Assembly (NCBI GenBank): GCA_049720475.1 | Contig: JBNASH010000035.1 | Coordinates: forward strand, 20,015-84,014 | DNA length: 64,000 bases | Direction: 5' to 3' | Origin: Minisyncoccia bacterium | GTDB lineage: Bacteria > Patescibacteriota > Minisyncoccia > UBA6257 > JAAZHW01 | Made by a program: the position numbers and the translations under genes | Shown: positions 17,334-28,529 of the stretch, piece by piece | Numbering within the stretch: the first letter of the stretch is position 1 | Layout: the number at the start of each line of letters is the position of its first letter | The notes under the pieces: model-generated | The model's database searches: none | What the model was told of the DNA's origin: nothing | What the model saw: the letters and a program-made list of their open reading frames with translations, nothing else

Positions 17334-20201
17334 TTATTTCAAAGAAATGAAAATTTTTTCATCATTAATTTCGAATTCTTCGCCTTCCTTATCTTCTCCC
17401 CATCTTATATCCTGACACAAACATTTTTTCTTAATTTCCTCTTTAAATTTATTAATCACATTTTTAATTTTTTCTGAATCTGTATTTACTTGCAAAATCA
17501 CATTTCTATCATCAACGCTTAATTTTTTCTCTTTACGCAATTGATTGATGCGGCGAGTTAATTCGCGCAGAATTCCTTCCTCTTCTAGTTCTGGCGAAAT
17601 TTCCGTATCCAGCCAATTCTTTGAACCCAAAGCAATTTCTCTAACATTCAATTCCTCTTTTACCAAATCTTCATATAATTGATTAAACAATTCTTCATCA
17701 GCAAATTGAATTTGTTTTAATGGTTGCCGGATTTTAATTTGCGCTTCGGATCTTAAAGCCAAACCAATTTCCACTGCTTCACGTGTTTTCTTCATCCGTT
17801 CAATACTTTCTGAATTAATTAATGCTTCACTAACTTTTGGCCAATCTTCCAAATGCACTGATTCTTTTTCGCCTTTTAATTCTTTATAAAGATATTCGGC
17901 TAAAAATGGCATCACCGGCGCTATTAATTTTGATAACTCCATCAACACATAACGCAAAACTGCCACTGCTTTTTCATCGCCGTCTTTAAATCTTTCTCGT
18001 GAACGTCGAACATACCAAGTTGATAAATCATCAATAAATTCCGCAATTGGCCGATTAGCCTTTGGCAAATCGTATTCATTATACGCTTCAGTCATTTCTT
18101 TTTTCATCAATTCCAAACGCGTCACAATCCAAACATCCAAAACATTCTCCAATGGTAAAATTAAATCTTTAATTTCGTTTTTGGCATAAAGTTTGTAGAA
18201 TGACAAAACGTTTAATAAAATCAAGATAACTTTTTTGAAAACCTCATCAACTTCTTTCTCGGAAAAACATAAATCTTCGGCTTTCATAACTTGGGAAGTT
18301 GTCAAATAGTATCGCACGGCATCAGCACTATATTTTTCCAAAACCTCGTAAGGATCAGTGTAATTCTTTAAATGTTTGGACATCTTTCGGCCGTCTTCCG
18401 CTAAAACAATACCATTGGCAATAACATTTTTAAAGGCAGCGCTATTTTTCAAAGCCGTCGCTAAAACATGAAGATAATAAAACCAAGCGCGAGTCTGATC
18501 AACACCTTCGGCAATAAATTCAGCTGGAAAATTTTTCTCAAATTTCTCTTTATTTTCAAAAGGATAATGCATTTGAGCGTAAGGCATTGACCCTGATTCA
18601 AACCAACAATCCAAAACATCCGGAATTCTTTTCATCACGCCGCCACACTTCTCGCATTTAAATGTAATCGGATCAATAAAATGTTTATGTAAATCGGTTA
18701 TTTTCTCTCCAGATAACTCTTCTAATTCTTTAATTGAACCAATAACTTTTTTCTCTCCGCAATTTTCACAAACCCATAAGGGAATAACTGAGCCCCAGTA
18801 GCGTTGACGGGAAATTGCCCAGTCTTTTGCGCCTTCCAACCATTTACCAAAACGTCCTTCTTTTAAATGGGCGGGCACCCAATTTATAATTTCAGCATTT
18901 TTTAAAAGTTGTGGTTTGATTTCGGTAACTTTCACAAACAAAGAAGTTGTTGCGTAATTCAAAAGTGGCGAATCACAACGCCAACAATGAGGATAACTAT
19001 GAGTATAGCGCTCAACATCAAAAACTAAATTTTTGTTTCTTAAAAATTCTATTACTTTTTCATCGGTTGATGTTGGCGCTTCTTTTGGTTTAACAGACAA
19101 ACCTTTAAAATCAATAACTTCTTCTTTAAATCGACCATCCAATCCAACATGCTGAATAAAAGGCAGATTCTTTTCTTTGCCCAACATCATATCTTCTTCA
19201 CCAAAAGCCGGCGCAATATGTACCACACCAGTACCATCCTCCACAGTTACAAAATTAGCAGTTTGAATAGTATAAAGCCGCTCTTTATTAGCTATTGGTT
19301 TATTAAGATAATAATCGAAAAGCGGCTTATATTTTTGATTAATCAATTGATCAACCGGCACTACTTCAATCAATGTTAAAGAATTTTTTAATTTTTCACT
19401 CTCAAATTTTGTTTTTAATTTTTCAAAATAATTTTTAGAAGCAATATAAATGCCGTCTAAATTATCGCTATTTTTAATTTCAAATTTTACATACTCAATA
19501 TTTTCACCAATAGCCAAAGCGACATTGCCAATTAAAGTCCAAGGAGTGGTGGTCCACGCTAAAACATAAGTTTTGGGTTCGTTATTGAGCTCAAACTTTA
19601 CAGTCACTGCCAAATCTTCAACATCGCGATAACCCTCCGAAACTTCAAATTGCGATAGAGTTGTCTCACACCGCGGGCAAATATGCATTGCTTTATAATC
19701 TTCATAAATTAAACCCCTTTCCCATAATTCTTTAAAAACCCACCAGATACTTTCCATATAATCAGGATCCATGGTTCGATAAGGATGCTCCATATCTACC
19801 CAACGGCCAAATCGTTCAATCACCTTTTTCCATTCCTCAGCATAAGTTAAAACACTCTGGCGGCAAGCTTCATTGAATTTATCAACGCCAATACTTTCAA
19901 TATCTTTTTTTGTTTTTATTCCTAATTTTTCTTCAACAATGTTTTCAATAGGCATTCCGTGACAATCCCAGCCCCAGCGACGTTCCACCCGATAACCTTG
20001 CATTGTAAAATAACGCGGCACAATATCCTTCATTAAACTAGCTACCAAATGGCCATAATGGGGCGTGCCAGTCGCAAATGGAGGACCATCATAAAAAACA
20101 TAGTCGCCTTTTGGCGCATCCTTTTTAACTGATTTTTCAAAAATTTGATTTTCTTTCCAAAATTTAATTATTTGTTTTTCTATTTCGGAAAAGGATAGCA
20201 T
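17334..20201 (-). CDS. ileS: isoleucine--tRNA ligase, type 2 (archaeal/eukaryotic-like)
   Basis: DGPPFATGTPHYGH, WTTTPWTL, GTGVVHIAPAFG, DWAISRQRYWG, KMSKH; start set at ATG 20201 after a TTTACA-17-TATAAT promoter. Confidence 0.96.
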   Translation of the reverse strand: MLSFSEIEKQIIKFWKENQIFEKSVKKDAPKGDYVFYDGPPFATGTPHYGHLVASLMKDIVPRYFTMQGYRVERRWGWDCHGMPIENIVEEKLGIKTKKDIESIGVDKFNEACRQSVLTYAEEWKKVIERFGRWVDMEHPYRTMDPDYMESIWWVFKELWERGLIYEDYKAMHICPRCETTLSQFEVSEGYRDVEDLAVTVKFELNNEPKTYVLAWTTTPWTLIGNVALAIGENIEYVKFEIKNSDNLDGIYIASKNYFEKLKTKFESEKLKNSLTLIEVVPVDQLINQKYKPLFDYYLNKPIANKERLYTIQTANFVTVEDGTGVVHIAPAFGEEDMMLGKEKNLPFIQHVGLDGRFKEEVIDFKGLSVKPKEAPTSTDEKVIEFLRNKNLVFDVERYTHSYPHCWRCDSPLLNYATTSLFVKVTEIKPQLLKNAEIINWVPAHLKEGRFGKWLEGAKDWAISRQRYWGSVIPLWVCENCGEKKVIGSIKELEELSGEKITDLHKHFIDPITFKCEKCGGVMKRIPDVLDCWFESGSMPYAQMHYPFENKEKFEKNFPAEFIAEGVDQTRAWFYYLHVLATALKNSAAFKNVIANGIVLAEDGRKMSKHLKNYTDPYEVLEKYSADAVRYYLTTSQVMKAEDLCFSEKEVDEVFKKVILILLNVLSFYKLYAKNEIKDLILPLENVLDVWIVTRLELMKKEMTEAYNEYDLPKANRPIAEFIDDLSTWYVRRSRERFKDGDEKAVAVLRYVLMELSKLIAPVMPFLAEYLYKELKGEKESVHLEDWPKVSEALINSESIERMKKTREAVEIGLALRSEAQIKIRQPLKQIQFADEELFNQLYEDLVKEELNVREIALGSKNWLDTEISPELEEEGILRELTRRINQLRKEKKLSVDDRNVILQVNTDSEKIKNVINKFKEEIKKKCLCQDIRWGEDKEGEEFEINDEKIFISLK

Positions 20202-20253
20202 ATTTTTAATATTTTTATTATAAATTTTTCGACTGATTTTGTAAATGATTTTT

Positions 20254-20286
20254 AAAAGGCCGCTTGGAGTTCTCTCCAAGCGGCCT
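20254..20286 (-). terminator. intrinsic terminator after fusA
   Basis: AGGCCGCTTGGAG-agaa-CTCCAAGCGGCCT followed by TTT on the minus strand. Confidence 0.8.
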
Positions 20287-20313
20287 CAATTTCATCTCCT
20301 TACTTGGAGAGAA

Positions 20314-22419
20314 CTACTTGCGGCCGGCAATAATTTGTTCCGCAATATTTTTTGGCACCTCCTCGTAATGATCAAATTCCATTGTCATAAAGCCACGACC
20401 TTCCGTTAAAGAACGTAAATTTGTAACGTAACCAAACATTTCAGCCAAAGGAACCTTGGCATCAATTACTTTACTATCCAAACGATCGGAAATTTGTTCA
20501 ATGCGAGCGCGGCGAGAATTTAAATCACCGGTAACCTCACCCAAGAACTTCGCCGGTACAATCACTTGAACTTTCATGATTGGCTCAAGCAAAACTGGAT
20601 TTGATTTTTTAACAGCATCTTGCAAGGCTATTGATGCCGCAATCTTAAAAGCAAATTCTGAAGAATCGACTTCATGGAATGAACCATCATACAATGTTAC
20701 TCGAATATCCTGTAATGGATAACCAGCTAAAACTCCTTTTTGAGCTGCTTCTTTAACGCCTTTTTCAACTGCCGGAATAAATTCTTGAGGAATAACACCG
20801 CTTTTAATTTCATCAACAAATTCTAATCCTTTGCCGCGTTCCAAAGGTTCTACTCTTAACCAAACATGGCCATATTGACCGCGACCACCACTCTGACGGA
20901 TATATTTCCCTTCGGCTTCGGCCATGCCTTTAATTGTCTCTTTATAAGCAACTTGCGGTTTGCCAGTATTTGCTTCTACTTTAAATTCGCGGCGCATTCG
21001 ATCAACCAAAACATCTAAATGTAACTCGCCCATTCCTTTAATAATTGTTTCTCCTGTTTCTTGATCAGAAGCAACTTGAAATGTTGGATCTTCTTCAGCT
21101 AATTTTCTTAAAGCAATACTCAATTTTTCTTGATCGGCTTTAGATTTTGGTTCAATGCGCATCGAAATAACTGGCTCAGGAAATTCAATTTTTTCTAGAA
21201 TAATTGGGTGATTTTCATCGCAAAGTGTATCGCCAGTAGTTGTATATTTTAAACCAACCAGAGCAGCAATATCGCCCGCAAAAACTTCTTCAACCTCTTC
21301 CCGATGATTAGCGTGCATTCGAACAATTCGACCAGCACGTTCTTTTTGGCCTTTAGTAGCATTCAAAATATAACTGCCTCGCTTTAAAACGCCAGAATAA
21401 ACACGGAAATAAGTTAAATTTCCCACAAAAGGATCAGTAGCAATTTTAAAGGCTAAAGCAGTAAACGGTTCATCATCGCTAACTTGTCGAATAATTTCAG
21501 CACCGGTTTTTGGATCAAAACCTTTTGTTGGCGGTAAGTCCAAAGGCGATGGCAAATAATCAACCACACCATCAAGCAAAAACTGCACACCTTTATTTCT
21601 TAAAGCTGAACCACAAAAAACCGGCACGATTTTGCTTTCAATAGTCGCTTTGCGCAAGGCCTTGCGCAATTCCTCTACTGAAATTTCTTGCCCTTCTAAA
21701 TATTTATTCATCAATTCTTCATCTGTCTCAACAATTTTCTCTACCAACTCATTTCTCATTTTCTGAGCTTCTTCAATTAAATTTTTGGGGATTTCTATTT
21801 CATTAATAAACTCACCTTTTTCACCAGTAAAGTTATAGGCCTTCATTGTTAATAAATCAATTATTCCTTCAAATTCTGATTCCAAACCAATATTCAATTG
21901 TACTGGCATGGCATTGGGATTTAATCTTTCTCGAATTGATTGAAGAGAACGCATAAAACTTGCTCCCATTCGATCTAATTTATTAACAAAACAAATGCGC
22001 GGTACATGATATTTATCAGCTTGATGCCAAACTGTTTCGGATTGTGGCTCAACACCAGCCACGCCATCAAAAACAACTACCGCTCCATCCAAAACTCTTA
22101 ATGAACGCTGAACTTCAACGGTAAAATCGATATGACCCGGCGTATCAATTATATTAATTCGAAATTCTTTTTTGGCACGCTCTTCGGGAGTTTTGTAGGT
22201 TTGTGTCCAGAAACAGGTTGTGGCCGCAGCTGTAATAGTAATACCGCGCTCCCTCTCTTGTTCCATCCAATCCATTATTGCCTCTCCTTCGTGAACCTCA
22301 CCAATTTTATGAGAAATACCTGTATAATACAAAACTCGCTCCGTTACTGTTGTTTTTCCAGCATCAATGTGAGCAATAATGCCGATGTCTCTGGTTTTTT
22401 CTAATGGATATTCTCTCAT
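20314..22419 (-). CDS. fusA: elongation factor G
   Basis: [36 protein letters not shown]. Confidence 0.98.
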   Translation of the reverse strand: MREYPLEKTRDIGIIAHIDAGKTTVTERVLYYTGISHKIGEVHEGEAIMDWMEQERERGITITAAATTCFWTQTYKTPEERAKKEFRINIIDTPGHIDFTVEVQRSLRVLDGAVVVFDGVAGVEPQSETVWHQADKYHVPRICFVNKLDRMGASFMRSLQSIRERLNPNAMPVQLNIGLESEFEGIIDLLTMKAYNFTGEKGEFINEIEIPKNLIEEAQKMRNELVEKIVETDEELMNKYLEGQEISVEELRKALRKATIESKIVPVFCGSALRNKGVQFLLDGVVDYLPSPLDLPPTKGFDPKTGAEIIRQVSDDEPFTALAFKIATDPFVGNLTYFRVYSGVLKRGSYILNATKGQKERAGRIVRMHANHREEVEEVFAGDIAALVGLKYTTTGDTLCDENHPIILEKIEFPEPVISMRIEPKSKADQEKLSIALRKLAEEDPTFQVASDQETGETIIKGMGELHLDVLVDRMRREFKVEANTGKPQVAYKETIKGMAEAEGKYIRQSGGRGQYGHVWLRVEPLERGKGLEFVDEIKSGVIPQEFIPAVEKGVKEAAQKGVLAGYPLQDIRVTLYDGSFHEVDSSEFAFKIAASIALQDAVKKSNPVLLEPIMKVQVIVPAKFLGEVTGDLNSRRARIEQISDRLDSKVIDAKVPLAEMFGYVTNLRSLTEGRGFMTMEFDHYEEVPKNIAEQIIAGRK

Positions 22420-22482
22420 GTTTAAGTATCTTTAATTTAAAGGGATTAAAAAATCCGACTCGTTAAATTTACTATAAAGTGT

Positions 22483-22950
22483 TTACCATGAAAAATGAGC
22501 AAAGGCGCGATTGGCCTCGGCAATTCGGTGGGTATCCATTTTCTTTTTAACAGCATATCCTTCATTATTGCTAGCAGCAATAATTTCTTCAGCTAATTTT
22601 TCATAAGATGGTTTGCCTCGACGTGAACGAATCGCTTGAATAATCCAACGACAGGCCAAAGTAAATTGTCTTTCTGGTTTAACCAATTGTGGCACTTGAT
22701 AGTTAGCGCCTCCAATTCTTTTTGATTTCACCTCAACAAGAGGTGAAGCATTTTTTATAGCCAAATCAAAAACCTCTAAAGGATCCTTGCCTGTTTTCTC
22801 TTTAATCAATTCCATTGCTTTATAAAAAATTTTTTCAGCCGTTAATTTTTGACCGCGCTGCATTAAATAGTTAATAAATCGAGTACATTCAACTCGATTA
22901 TAAACTAAATCTGGTTCGAATGTTCTTTTTTTAGCACGTTTTTTACGCAT
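22483..22950 (-). CDS. rpsG: 30S ribosomal protein S7
   Basis: VKSKRIGGANYQVP, AEANRAFAHF. Confidence 0.98.
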   Translation of the reverse strand: MRKKRAKKRTFEPDLVYNRVECTRFINYLMQRGQKLTAEKIFYKAMELIKEKTGKDPLEVFDLAIKNASPLVEVKSKRIGGANYQVPQLVKPERQFTLACRWIIQAIRSRRGKPSYEKLAEEIIAASNNEGYAVKKKMDTHRIAEANRAFAHFSW

Positions 22951-22977
22951 AATTTATTACTTTAATAATTTATTACT

Positions 22978-23388
22978 TTATTGGGGCTTTTTGGCACCGT
23001 ATTTAGAACGTTGTTGACGACGACCCTCAACACCAGCCGCATCCAAAACACCACGAACAATATGATAACGAACACCTGGCAAATCCTTTACGCGGCCTCC
23101 CCTTACCAAAACAACTGAATGTTCTTGTAAATTATGGCCGATACCTGGAATATAAGCCGTCACCTCAATCCCATTAGTCAATCTCACACGAGCTACTTTT
23201 CGCAAAGCCGAGTTTGGTTTTTTGGGAGTAGTTGTAAAAACCTTCAAACAAACACCGCGCTTAAATGGAGATGGATATTTAACCGGTCTATTTTTTAAAT
23301 AATTAAAACCCCACATCAATGCCGGTGCTTTACTTTTATAAACTATTCTCTTTCTTCCTTTTTTAACTAATTGGTTGATTGTTGGCAT
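22978..23388 (-). CDS. rpsL: 30S ribosomal protein S12
   Basis: [32 protein letters not shown]. Confidence 0.98.
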   Translation of the reverse strand: MPTINQLVKKGRKRIVYKSKAPALMWGFNYLKNRPVKYPSPFKRGVCLKVFTTTPKKPNSALRKVARVRLTNGIEVTAYIPGIGHNLQEHSVVLVRGGRVKDLPGVRYHIVRGVLDAAGVEGRRQQRSKYGAKKPQ

Positions 23389-23472
23389 AAATATGTAAAA
23401 TACTTTAACAAATTAAAAGCGTAATGTCAAGCAATTTGCTTGTCTTTTCAATTTTTTATATAATAAAAAGGT

Positions 23473-24378
23473 ATGAAAAGAGAAATACAATCAAAAATTA
23501 ATTGGATTGATATCATTTCTCCAACAGAAGAAGATTTAAAATTTTTACAAGAAAAATTTAAACTTCATCCTATTTTAATCGACGAATTAAAACAACCGTC
23601 TACGCGTTCCAAAATTGAGATTTATGATAAATTAATGTTCGTCGTTTATTATTTCTCGAGTTATAACGAAATCGAAAAAACATCCGAAGCAATTGAAGTT
23701 GATTTTTTAATTACTGACAAAAATTTGATAACGGTGCACTACAAAAATTATGAACCACTTGAAGAAATTTTTAATTCCTTAAAAAACAATCTTTTAGACC
23801 CACATCTTAATCAAAGCCCAGCGCACTTACTCTACTATATTTTGGAAAATGGCTTAATCTTTTCTCTTCGTCAATTAACCCACATTCAAGAAAAAATCAA
23901 AACAATCGAATGCGATTTGTTTAAAGGCGAACATAAATCATTAATTGAAAGAATCGCTATCGTCAAAAGAGATATCTTAGACCAAAGAATTATTGCTCGT
24001 TTACAACATCCTATTTTAGAATCATTAAAGGTTAAGGGTATTAATTTCTTCGGAAAAAATTTAGAAATTTATTTTAATGATCTATTGGGCGATTATGAAA
24101 AATTATGGATGAGTATTGATAATTTAAAAGAAACGATTGAATCTTTAGAAAACACCAACAACACCTTTTTTGAAAGCCGCACCAACGAAATTATGAAAAT
24201 TTTAACAATTATGGCTTTTATTACCTTCCCTCTTACGCTCTTTTCAAGTATTTTTAGCATGAATACAAAAAATACTCCTTTGGTTGATTCGCCTTATGGT
24301 TTCTGGTATATTGTCGGCTTAATGATTTTATTTGCTCTGATTTTCCTCGCTATTTTCAAAAAGAAAAAATGGCTCTAA
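23473..24378 (+). CDS. corA: CorA-family Mg2+/Co2+ transporter
   Basis: WIDIISPT, NEIMKILT, FSMN (GMN variant), two C-terminal TMs, FKKKKWL. Confidence 0.88.
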   Translation: MKREIQSKINWIDIISPTEEDLKFLQEKFKLHPILIDELKQPSTRSKIEIYDKLMFVVYYFSSYNEIEKTSEAIEVDFLITDKNLITVHYKNYEPLEEIFNSLKNNLLDPHLNQSPAHLLYYILENGLIFSLRQLTHIQEKIKTIECDLFKGEHKSLIERIAIVKRDILDQRIIARLQHPILESLKVKGINFFGKNLEIYFNDLLGDYEKLWMSIDNLKETIESLENTNNTFFESRTNEIMKILTIMAFITFPLTLFSSIFSMNTKNTPLVDSPYGFWYIVGLMILFALIFLAIFKKKKWL

Positions 24379-25241
24379 AAAATTTTTTTAATTTCTAAAT
24401 TGTTATCAAAAATGATTTTAATATTGTGATCAATGTCGGTTCTGAAAATTTCAGAACCGATTTTGTTTAAAAAATCAATCACTTCTTGATGGGGATGGCC
24501 AAATTGATTATTTAATCCCACACCAATCAAAGCAATTTTTGGTCTAAATAAATTAAAAAATTCTTCATTTAAGCTCGTTTTTGAACCATGGTGCGCTACT
24601 TTTAAAATATCTATCGATGCTTCATTACTTAAAAAATCTTTAATTTGTTCAAGAATTTTTTTCGAAACATCACCCAAAAATAAAGCGGAGTGGTTTAAAT
24701 TTTTAAATAATAAAACGAGCGATAAATCATTCAAATCTTTTAAAAGCGTGGTTTGGGATGGCCAAACAATATAAAATTGGCTATCGTTAATTTTAATTTT
24801 ATCTCCTTTAGCTAAGGTTATAATTGGAATTTGCTTTTGTTTTAGTTTATTTAAGAGTTCTTCAAATGATTTGGTTTGGTTATCAAAACCATTATAAATA
24901 AAAATTTGAGGCGGGTTTTCATCAATCAATTTTAAAAATCCGCCATAATGATCTAAATTAGCATGACTTAGAATCCAAACATCAATCGAGCGGTTAAAAT
25001 AATGGCTGGTTTTAGAAAGCGCTTCTTCTATTTTTCCCCCATCGCCCGAATCGATTAATATCCTGCCGGAAAAAGGAAAATTGATTAAAGTCGCATCTCC
25101 TTGTCCAACATCTAAAAAATACAACTCGACAAACTTTGACGATTTTAAAATTTGATACCACAAAATACCATCGACAATAACGAATAAAAGAATGATAAAA
25201 ACTAATTTAGTTTTGAAAAACTTGGGCTTTTGTTCGAACAT
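24375..25241 (-). CDS. ComEC-type metallo-beta-lactamase nuclease domain protein
   Basis: FLDVGQGDA, SHANLDHYGG, LKVAHHGSKTS, NQFGHPH; N-terminal TM. Confidence 0.9.
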   Translation of the reverse strand: MFEQKPKFFKTKLVFIILLFVIVDGILWYQILKSSKFVELYFLDVGQGDATLINFPFSGRILIDSGDGGKIEEALSKTSHYFNRSIDVWILSHANLDHYGGFLKLIDENPPQIFIYNGFDNQTKSFEELLNKLKQKQIPIITLAKGDKIKINDSQFYIVWPSQTTLLKDLNDLSLVLLFKNLNHSALFLGDVSKKILEQIKDFLSNEASIDILKVAHHGSKTSLNEEFFNLFRPKIALIGVGLNNQFGHPHQEVIDFLNKIGSEIFRTDIDHNIKIIFDNNLEIKKIF

Positions 25242-26715
25242 TTTTTAATAAATAGACAAAAATATAGAAAGCTACCACCAACCAAAATATTATCTCCGAA
25301 AATCTGCCAAAATTCAAAGTGGCAAAGGGCAAACTACCAAACATTTTTATTAATAAAACTTCGAAATGTAATAAAAGATATGGGAAAAAACCAAAAACAA
25401 TTCCCAACCACAAATTTAAATAAGATAAAATTATAGCTATAAATCCCAAAAGCATGGTGTAAGGAATCAAAGAAATAATTAAAACATTCGCGATTGGCGA
25501 AATCAAAGAAATATAACCAAAACGAAAAATTAACAAAGGCAAAACTGCCGATTGAGCAGAAAAAGTAGTTGCTATAACTTCCCGCCAATTTAAAAAAGAG
25601 GGTTTTTCAACCTGAAAAAGACGATTAAAAAACGGAGATAAATAAATTAGACCCAGCGTGGCCGCAAAAGATAATTGAAAGCCCATATCAAAACGCAAAA
25701 TTTTTGGGTTTAAAAGAAGCATTAAGAATGCGGCAAAAAATAGGGCATTTTTAATTTGATAGGGTTTGCCAATTTTATAACTTAAGACCAAAATTCCACC
25801 CATAATACCCGCGCGAACAATCGATGGTGAAGCGCCCGTTAAAATAACAAAAAGCAAAATAAAAATGATGACCAACCAAAACGCTTTTGGCCGCGCAATG
25901 CCTAAAAAAATTAAAAACGAATAAACAGCATTGGTGATAATCGTAATATTAAACCCAGACAAAGCAATTAAATGTATCGTGCCAGTTTTTTGAAGGGCAA
26001 CTTCTAAATTTTTATCCAGAGTTTTTTTCTCTCCTAAAAGCAAACCATTTAAAAAACTTTTTTCTGGTTCTGGGAAAACATTATTAATTTGTTTTTGAAA
26101 ACAATTTTTAATCCCGTATAAAAAATTATTTAACCAAAATCCTTGATGGGAACCAATAACTTTAATCTGCGGATAATTAACTACCGAGTAAATATTGCTT
26201 TTAGCTAAATAAGATTTGTAATCGAAGTTGGAAAAAGACGCTGGTTCTTCAAATTTACCTGAGAAAATAATTTTATCCCCGTATTGAAAATTTTCATTAT
26301 TGTTTTTTGTTTTTATTAAAATTTTGCCCTTCAAAGGCGGAGATAACTTTGCTTCAAAAGAAACAAAATTGTTCTGATAAACTGGCAGACTAGAAATAAC
26401 AGCTGTAATATTTTGCATTGTTTTGCCATTTAACCATAAAGAAGAATGTGTTTTTTGGTATTGCTCATAAATTTGGAAATAAGAAAAACCGATGGCGAAA
26501 ACTAACAAGTAAATGCCAAAAATAATTTTATTTTTAAACAAATACTCTTGGAAACAAAAAATTAGAGCAAATAAGAAAATGCTAATACTCGCTATTAAAC
26601 CGGCTGTTTCAAAAAAAGAAGAAAAGAAAACACCAACAATAAAAATTAAAATTAATAAAAGAAATTTGGAGGGTAAATCTTTTTCATTAAGACCCCGCAA
26701 ATAACTTTTAAACAT
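25207..26715 (-). CDS. comEC: ComEC/Rec2 competence channel (OB + Competence domain)
   Basis: FDYKSYL, GLLLGE, GTIHLIALSGFNI, SPSIVRAGIM, GFQLSFAATLG. Confidence 0.92.
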   Translation of the reverse strand: MFKSYLRGLNEKDLPSKFLLLILIFIVGVFFSSFFETAGLIASISIFLFALIFCFQEYLFKNKIIFGIYLLVFAIGFSYFQIYEQYQKTHSSLWLNGKTMQNITAVISSLPVYQNNFVSFEAKLSPPLKGKILIKTKNNNENFQYGDKIIFSGKFEEPASFSNFDYKSYLAKSNIYSVVNYPQIKVIGSHQGFWLNNFLYGIKNCFQKQINNVFPEPEKSFLNGLLLGEKKTLDKNLEVALQKTGTIHLIALSGFNITIITNAVYSFLIFLGIARPKAFWLVIIFILLFVILTGASPSIVRAGIMGGILVLSYKIGKPYQIKNALFFAAFLMLLLNPKILRFDMGFQLSFAATLGLIYLSPFFNRLFQVEKPSFLNWREVIATTFSAQSAVLPLLIFRFGYISLISPIANVLIISLIPYTMLLGFIAIILSYLNLWLGIVFGFFPYLLLHFEVLLIKMFGSLPFATLNFGRFSEIIFWLVVAFYIFVYLLKNVRTKAQVFQN

Positions 26716-26717
26716 AA

Positions 26718-27689
26718 TTACTGGGAATAAATAATTTTTTCTAGAATATTTTTTAATTTAATTGGATCGTGACGCAGCAATCCTTTTTTACGTAATAAAT
26801 CTTCTTTGATAATTTGATATTTTGACATCTGTTTTTTATCCAAAACAATTCTAACAAATTTCGAACCTTCTTCCTGATATTTCTTAATTCTTTTTTTATC
26901 AGGCTGCCGGGTGTTGATGACCACATAATTCAAAATATTCTTCCCAACATATTTTTCAAAAACTCGAATAAAATCAGCGGTAGTAAAATTATCGGTTTCG
27001 CCTTTTTTGGTCATAATGTTGGTGATAAAAATTTTTTTGGCTTTGCTTTTTTTAATCGTATCTTTTACTCCCTTAACTAAAAAATTGGGCAAAATACTTG
27101 TGTATAAATCACCAGGACCAATAATAATGACATCAGCTTTTAAAATTGCCTCTTTGGCTAAAGGATTAATTTTAACTGGAGGCTGAAGCCATATTTTTTT
27201 AATGGGAGGAGGGTTTTTTTCTTTACGACGATCAATGGCTGCTTCGCCATAAATAATTTGCCCATTTTTTAATTGGGCAACCAAATGACAATTTTGAAGA
27301 GTTACTGGAATAACTTCACCAGAAATATTTAAAATTTTCCCTGCCTCCAAAATGGCTTTTTGAAAACTGCCGGTAATGCGTTCGAGGGCTGTTAAAAAAA
27401 GATTACCAAAACTGTGACCATCTAAAAAATAACTCTCATTAAAACGATAATTAAAAAGTTTAGCTAAAATTTTGTTATCCGAATGAGATAAAGCAATTAA
27501 AGCGCGCCTCACATCGCCTGGCGGCAGAATGCCAAATTCCTCTCTTAAAATACCAGTGGAACCACCTGAATCAGCCATACTAATAATTGCCGACAAATGA
27601 AACGGCGAATTTTTTAAACTATTTAAAACTACAAAAACTCCAGTTCCACCACCAATTACTACTACATTTTTCTTTTTTTCTTTTTTCAT
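26718..27689 (-). CDS. yvcK: YvcK/GlmR (CofD-like) UDP-GlcNAc-binding protein
   Basis: VVIGGGTG, MADSGGSTGILR, PPGDVRR, GHSFGNL, GPGDLYTSILPN, RHDP. Confidence 0.9.
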   Translation of the reverse strand: MKKEKKKNVVVIGGGTGVFVVLNSLKNSPFHLSAIISMADSGGSTGILREEFGILPPGDVRRALIALSHSDNKILAKLFNYRFNESYFLDGHSFGNLFLTALERITGSFQKAILEAGKILNISGEVIPVTLQNCHLVAQLKNGQIIYGEAAIDRRKEKNPPPIKKIWLQPPVKINPLAKEAILKADVIIIGPGDLYTSILPNFLVKGVKDTIKKSKAKKIFITNIMTKKGETDNFTTADFIRVFEKYVGKNILNYVVINTRQPDKKRIKKYQEEGSKFVRIVLDKKQMSKYQIIKEDLLRKKGLLRHDPIKLKNILEKIIYSQ

Positions 27690-27690
27690 A

Positions 27691-28527
27691 TCAATAATAT
27701 TTTTTAATAACTTTCGGGATTTTTTCAATAAGTTCAAAAATGTCGCTAGCCATTACACCCTCACCATATTTTTTGGCCGCTATCTCACCGGCTTTGCCAT
27801 TAATAAAAGCCGCGACCTTGGCCGCTTCAAAAGGAAAAACTCCTCTTGCTAACAAAGCGCCGCAAATTCCCGTTAAAGTATCTCCGAAACCGCCTTTGGT
27901 CATAAATGGCGAACCTGTTTTATTTAGAAAAACTTTTTCTCCATCTGAAATAATATCAATATTTCCTTTCAATAATATAACTGTTTTTAATTTTTTCGCC
28001 CATTTCTTCACTTTTTCTTTCCGTTCTTTTAAATTATTGCTTACCTTCTCGCCGGTTAAAATTCTAAATTCTTCACTATGCGGTGTTAAAACCGCCATTT
28101 TATTTTTGAGAATTTTTTTATCTTCAGCCACTGCCCGAATAGCTTCAGCATCAATAACCATTGGCAAATTAATTTTTTTAATAATTTCGCGAATAGCTTT
28201 ATAAGTTTTTTTATCTCTTTTTAATCCGCCGCCAATGATAAGTGCATCGAAATTTTTGGCTAATTCTAAAATTTTTGGCACATGTTTAATATGCAATTCG
28301 CCATCTAATGGATAAGTTATTAAATCTGGCAAAAAGGAAGCAACAACATCCATCGCTCTTTGATGACCAACAATTGTTACCAAATCAGCGCCTGCCCGCA
28401 AGGCTGCCACACCATTAAAAATTGGAGAACCGGTGAAACGCTCGCTTCCAGCAACAATTAGAACATAACCAAAATCACCTTTATGCACCCATTTTTTTCT
28501 TTTTGGATAATATTTTTTTAAACGCAT
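27691..28527 (-). CDS. nnrD: ADP-dependent NAD(P)H-hydrate dehydratase
   Basis: HKGDFGYVLIVAGS, ALRAGAD, VIDAEA, LTPHSEEF, LLKG, GGFGDTLTG. Confidence 0.92.
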   Translation of the reverse strand: MRLKKYYPKRKKWVHKGDFGYVLIVAGSERFTGSPIFNGVAALRAGADLVTIVGHQRAMDVVASFLPDLITYPLDGELHIKHVPKILELAKNFDALIIGGGLKRDKKTYKAIREIIKKINLPMVIDAEAIRAVAEDKKILKNKMAVLTPHSEEFRILTGEKVSNNLKERKEKVKKWAKKLKTVILLKGNIDIISDGEKVFLNKTGSPFMTKGGFGDTLTGICGALLARGVFPFEAAKVAAFINGKAGEIAAKKYGEGVMASDIFELIEKIPKVIKKYY

Positions 28528-28529
28528 AT

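Noticed and set aside
20202-20279. Ile-rich TTG-initiated extension of ileS as an attenuator leader
   Set aside because: The TTG lies within the fusA terminator and the segment contains a TTTACA-17-TATAAT promoter; Ile/Lys/Asn richness reflects AT content.
22950-22980. Tandem duplication TAATTTATTACTTTA between rpsL and rpsG
   Set aside because: Two AT-rich copies only; likely a simple slippage duplication with no evident structure.
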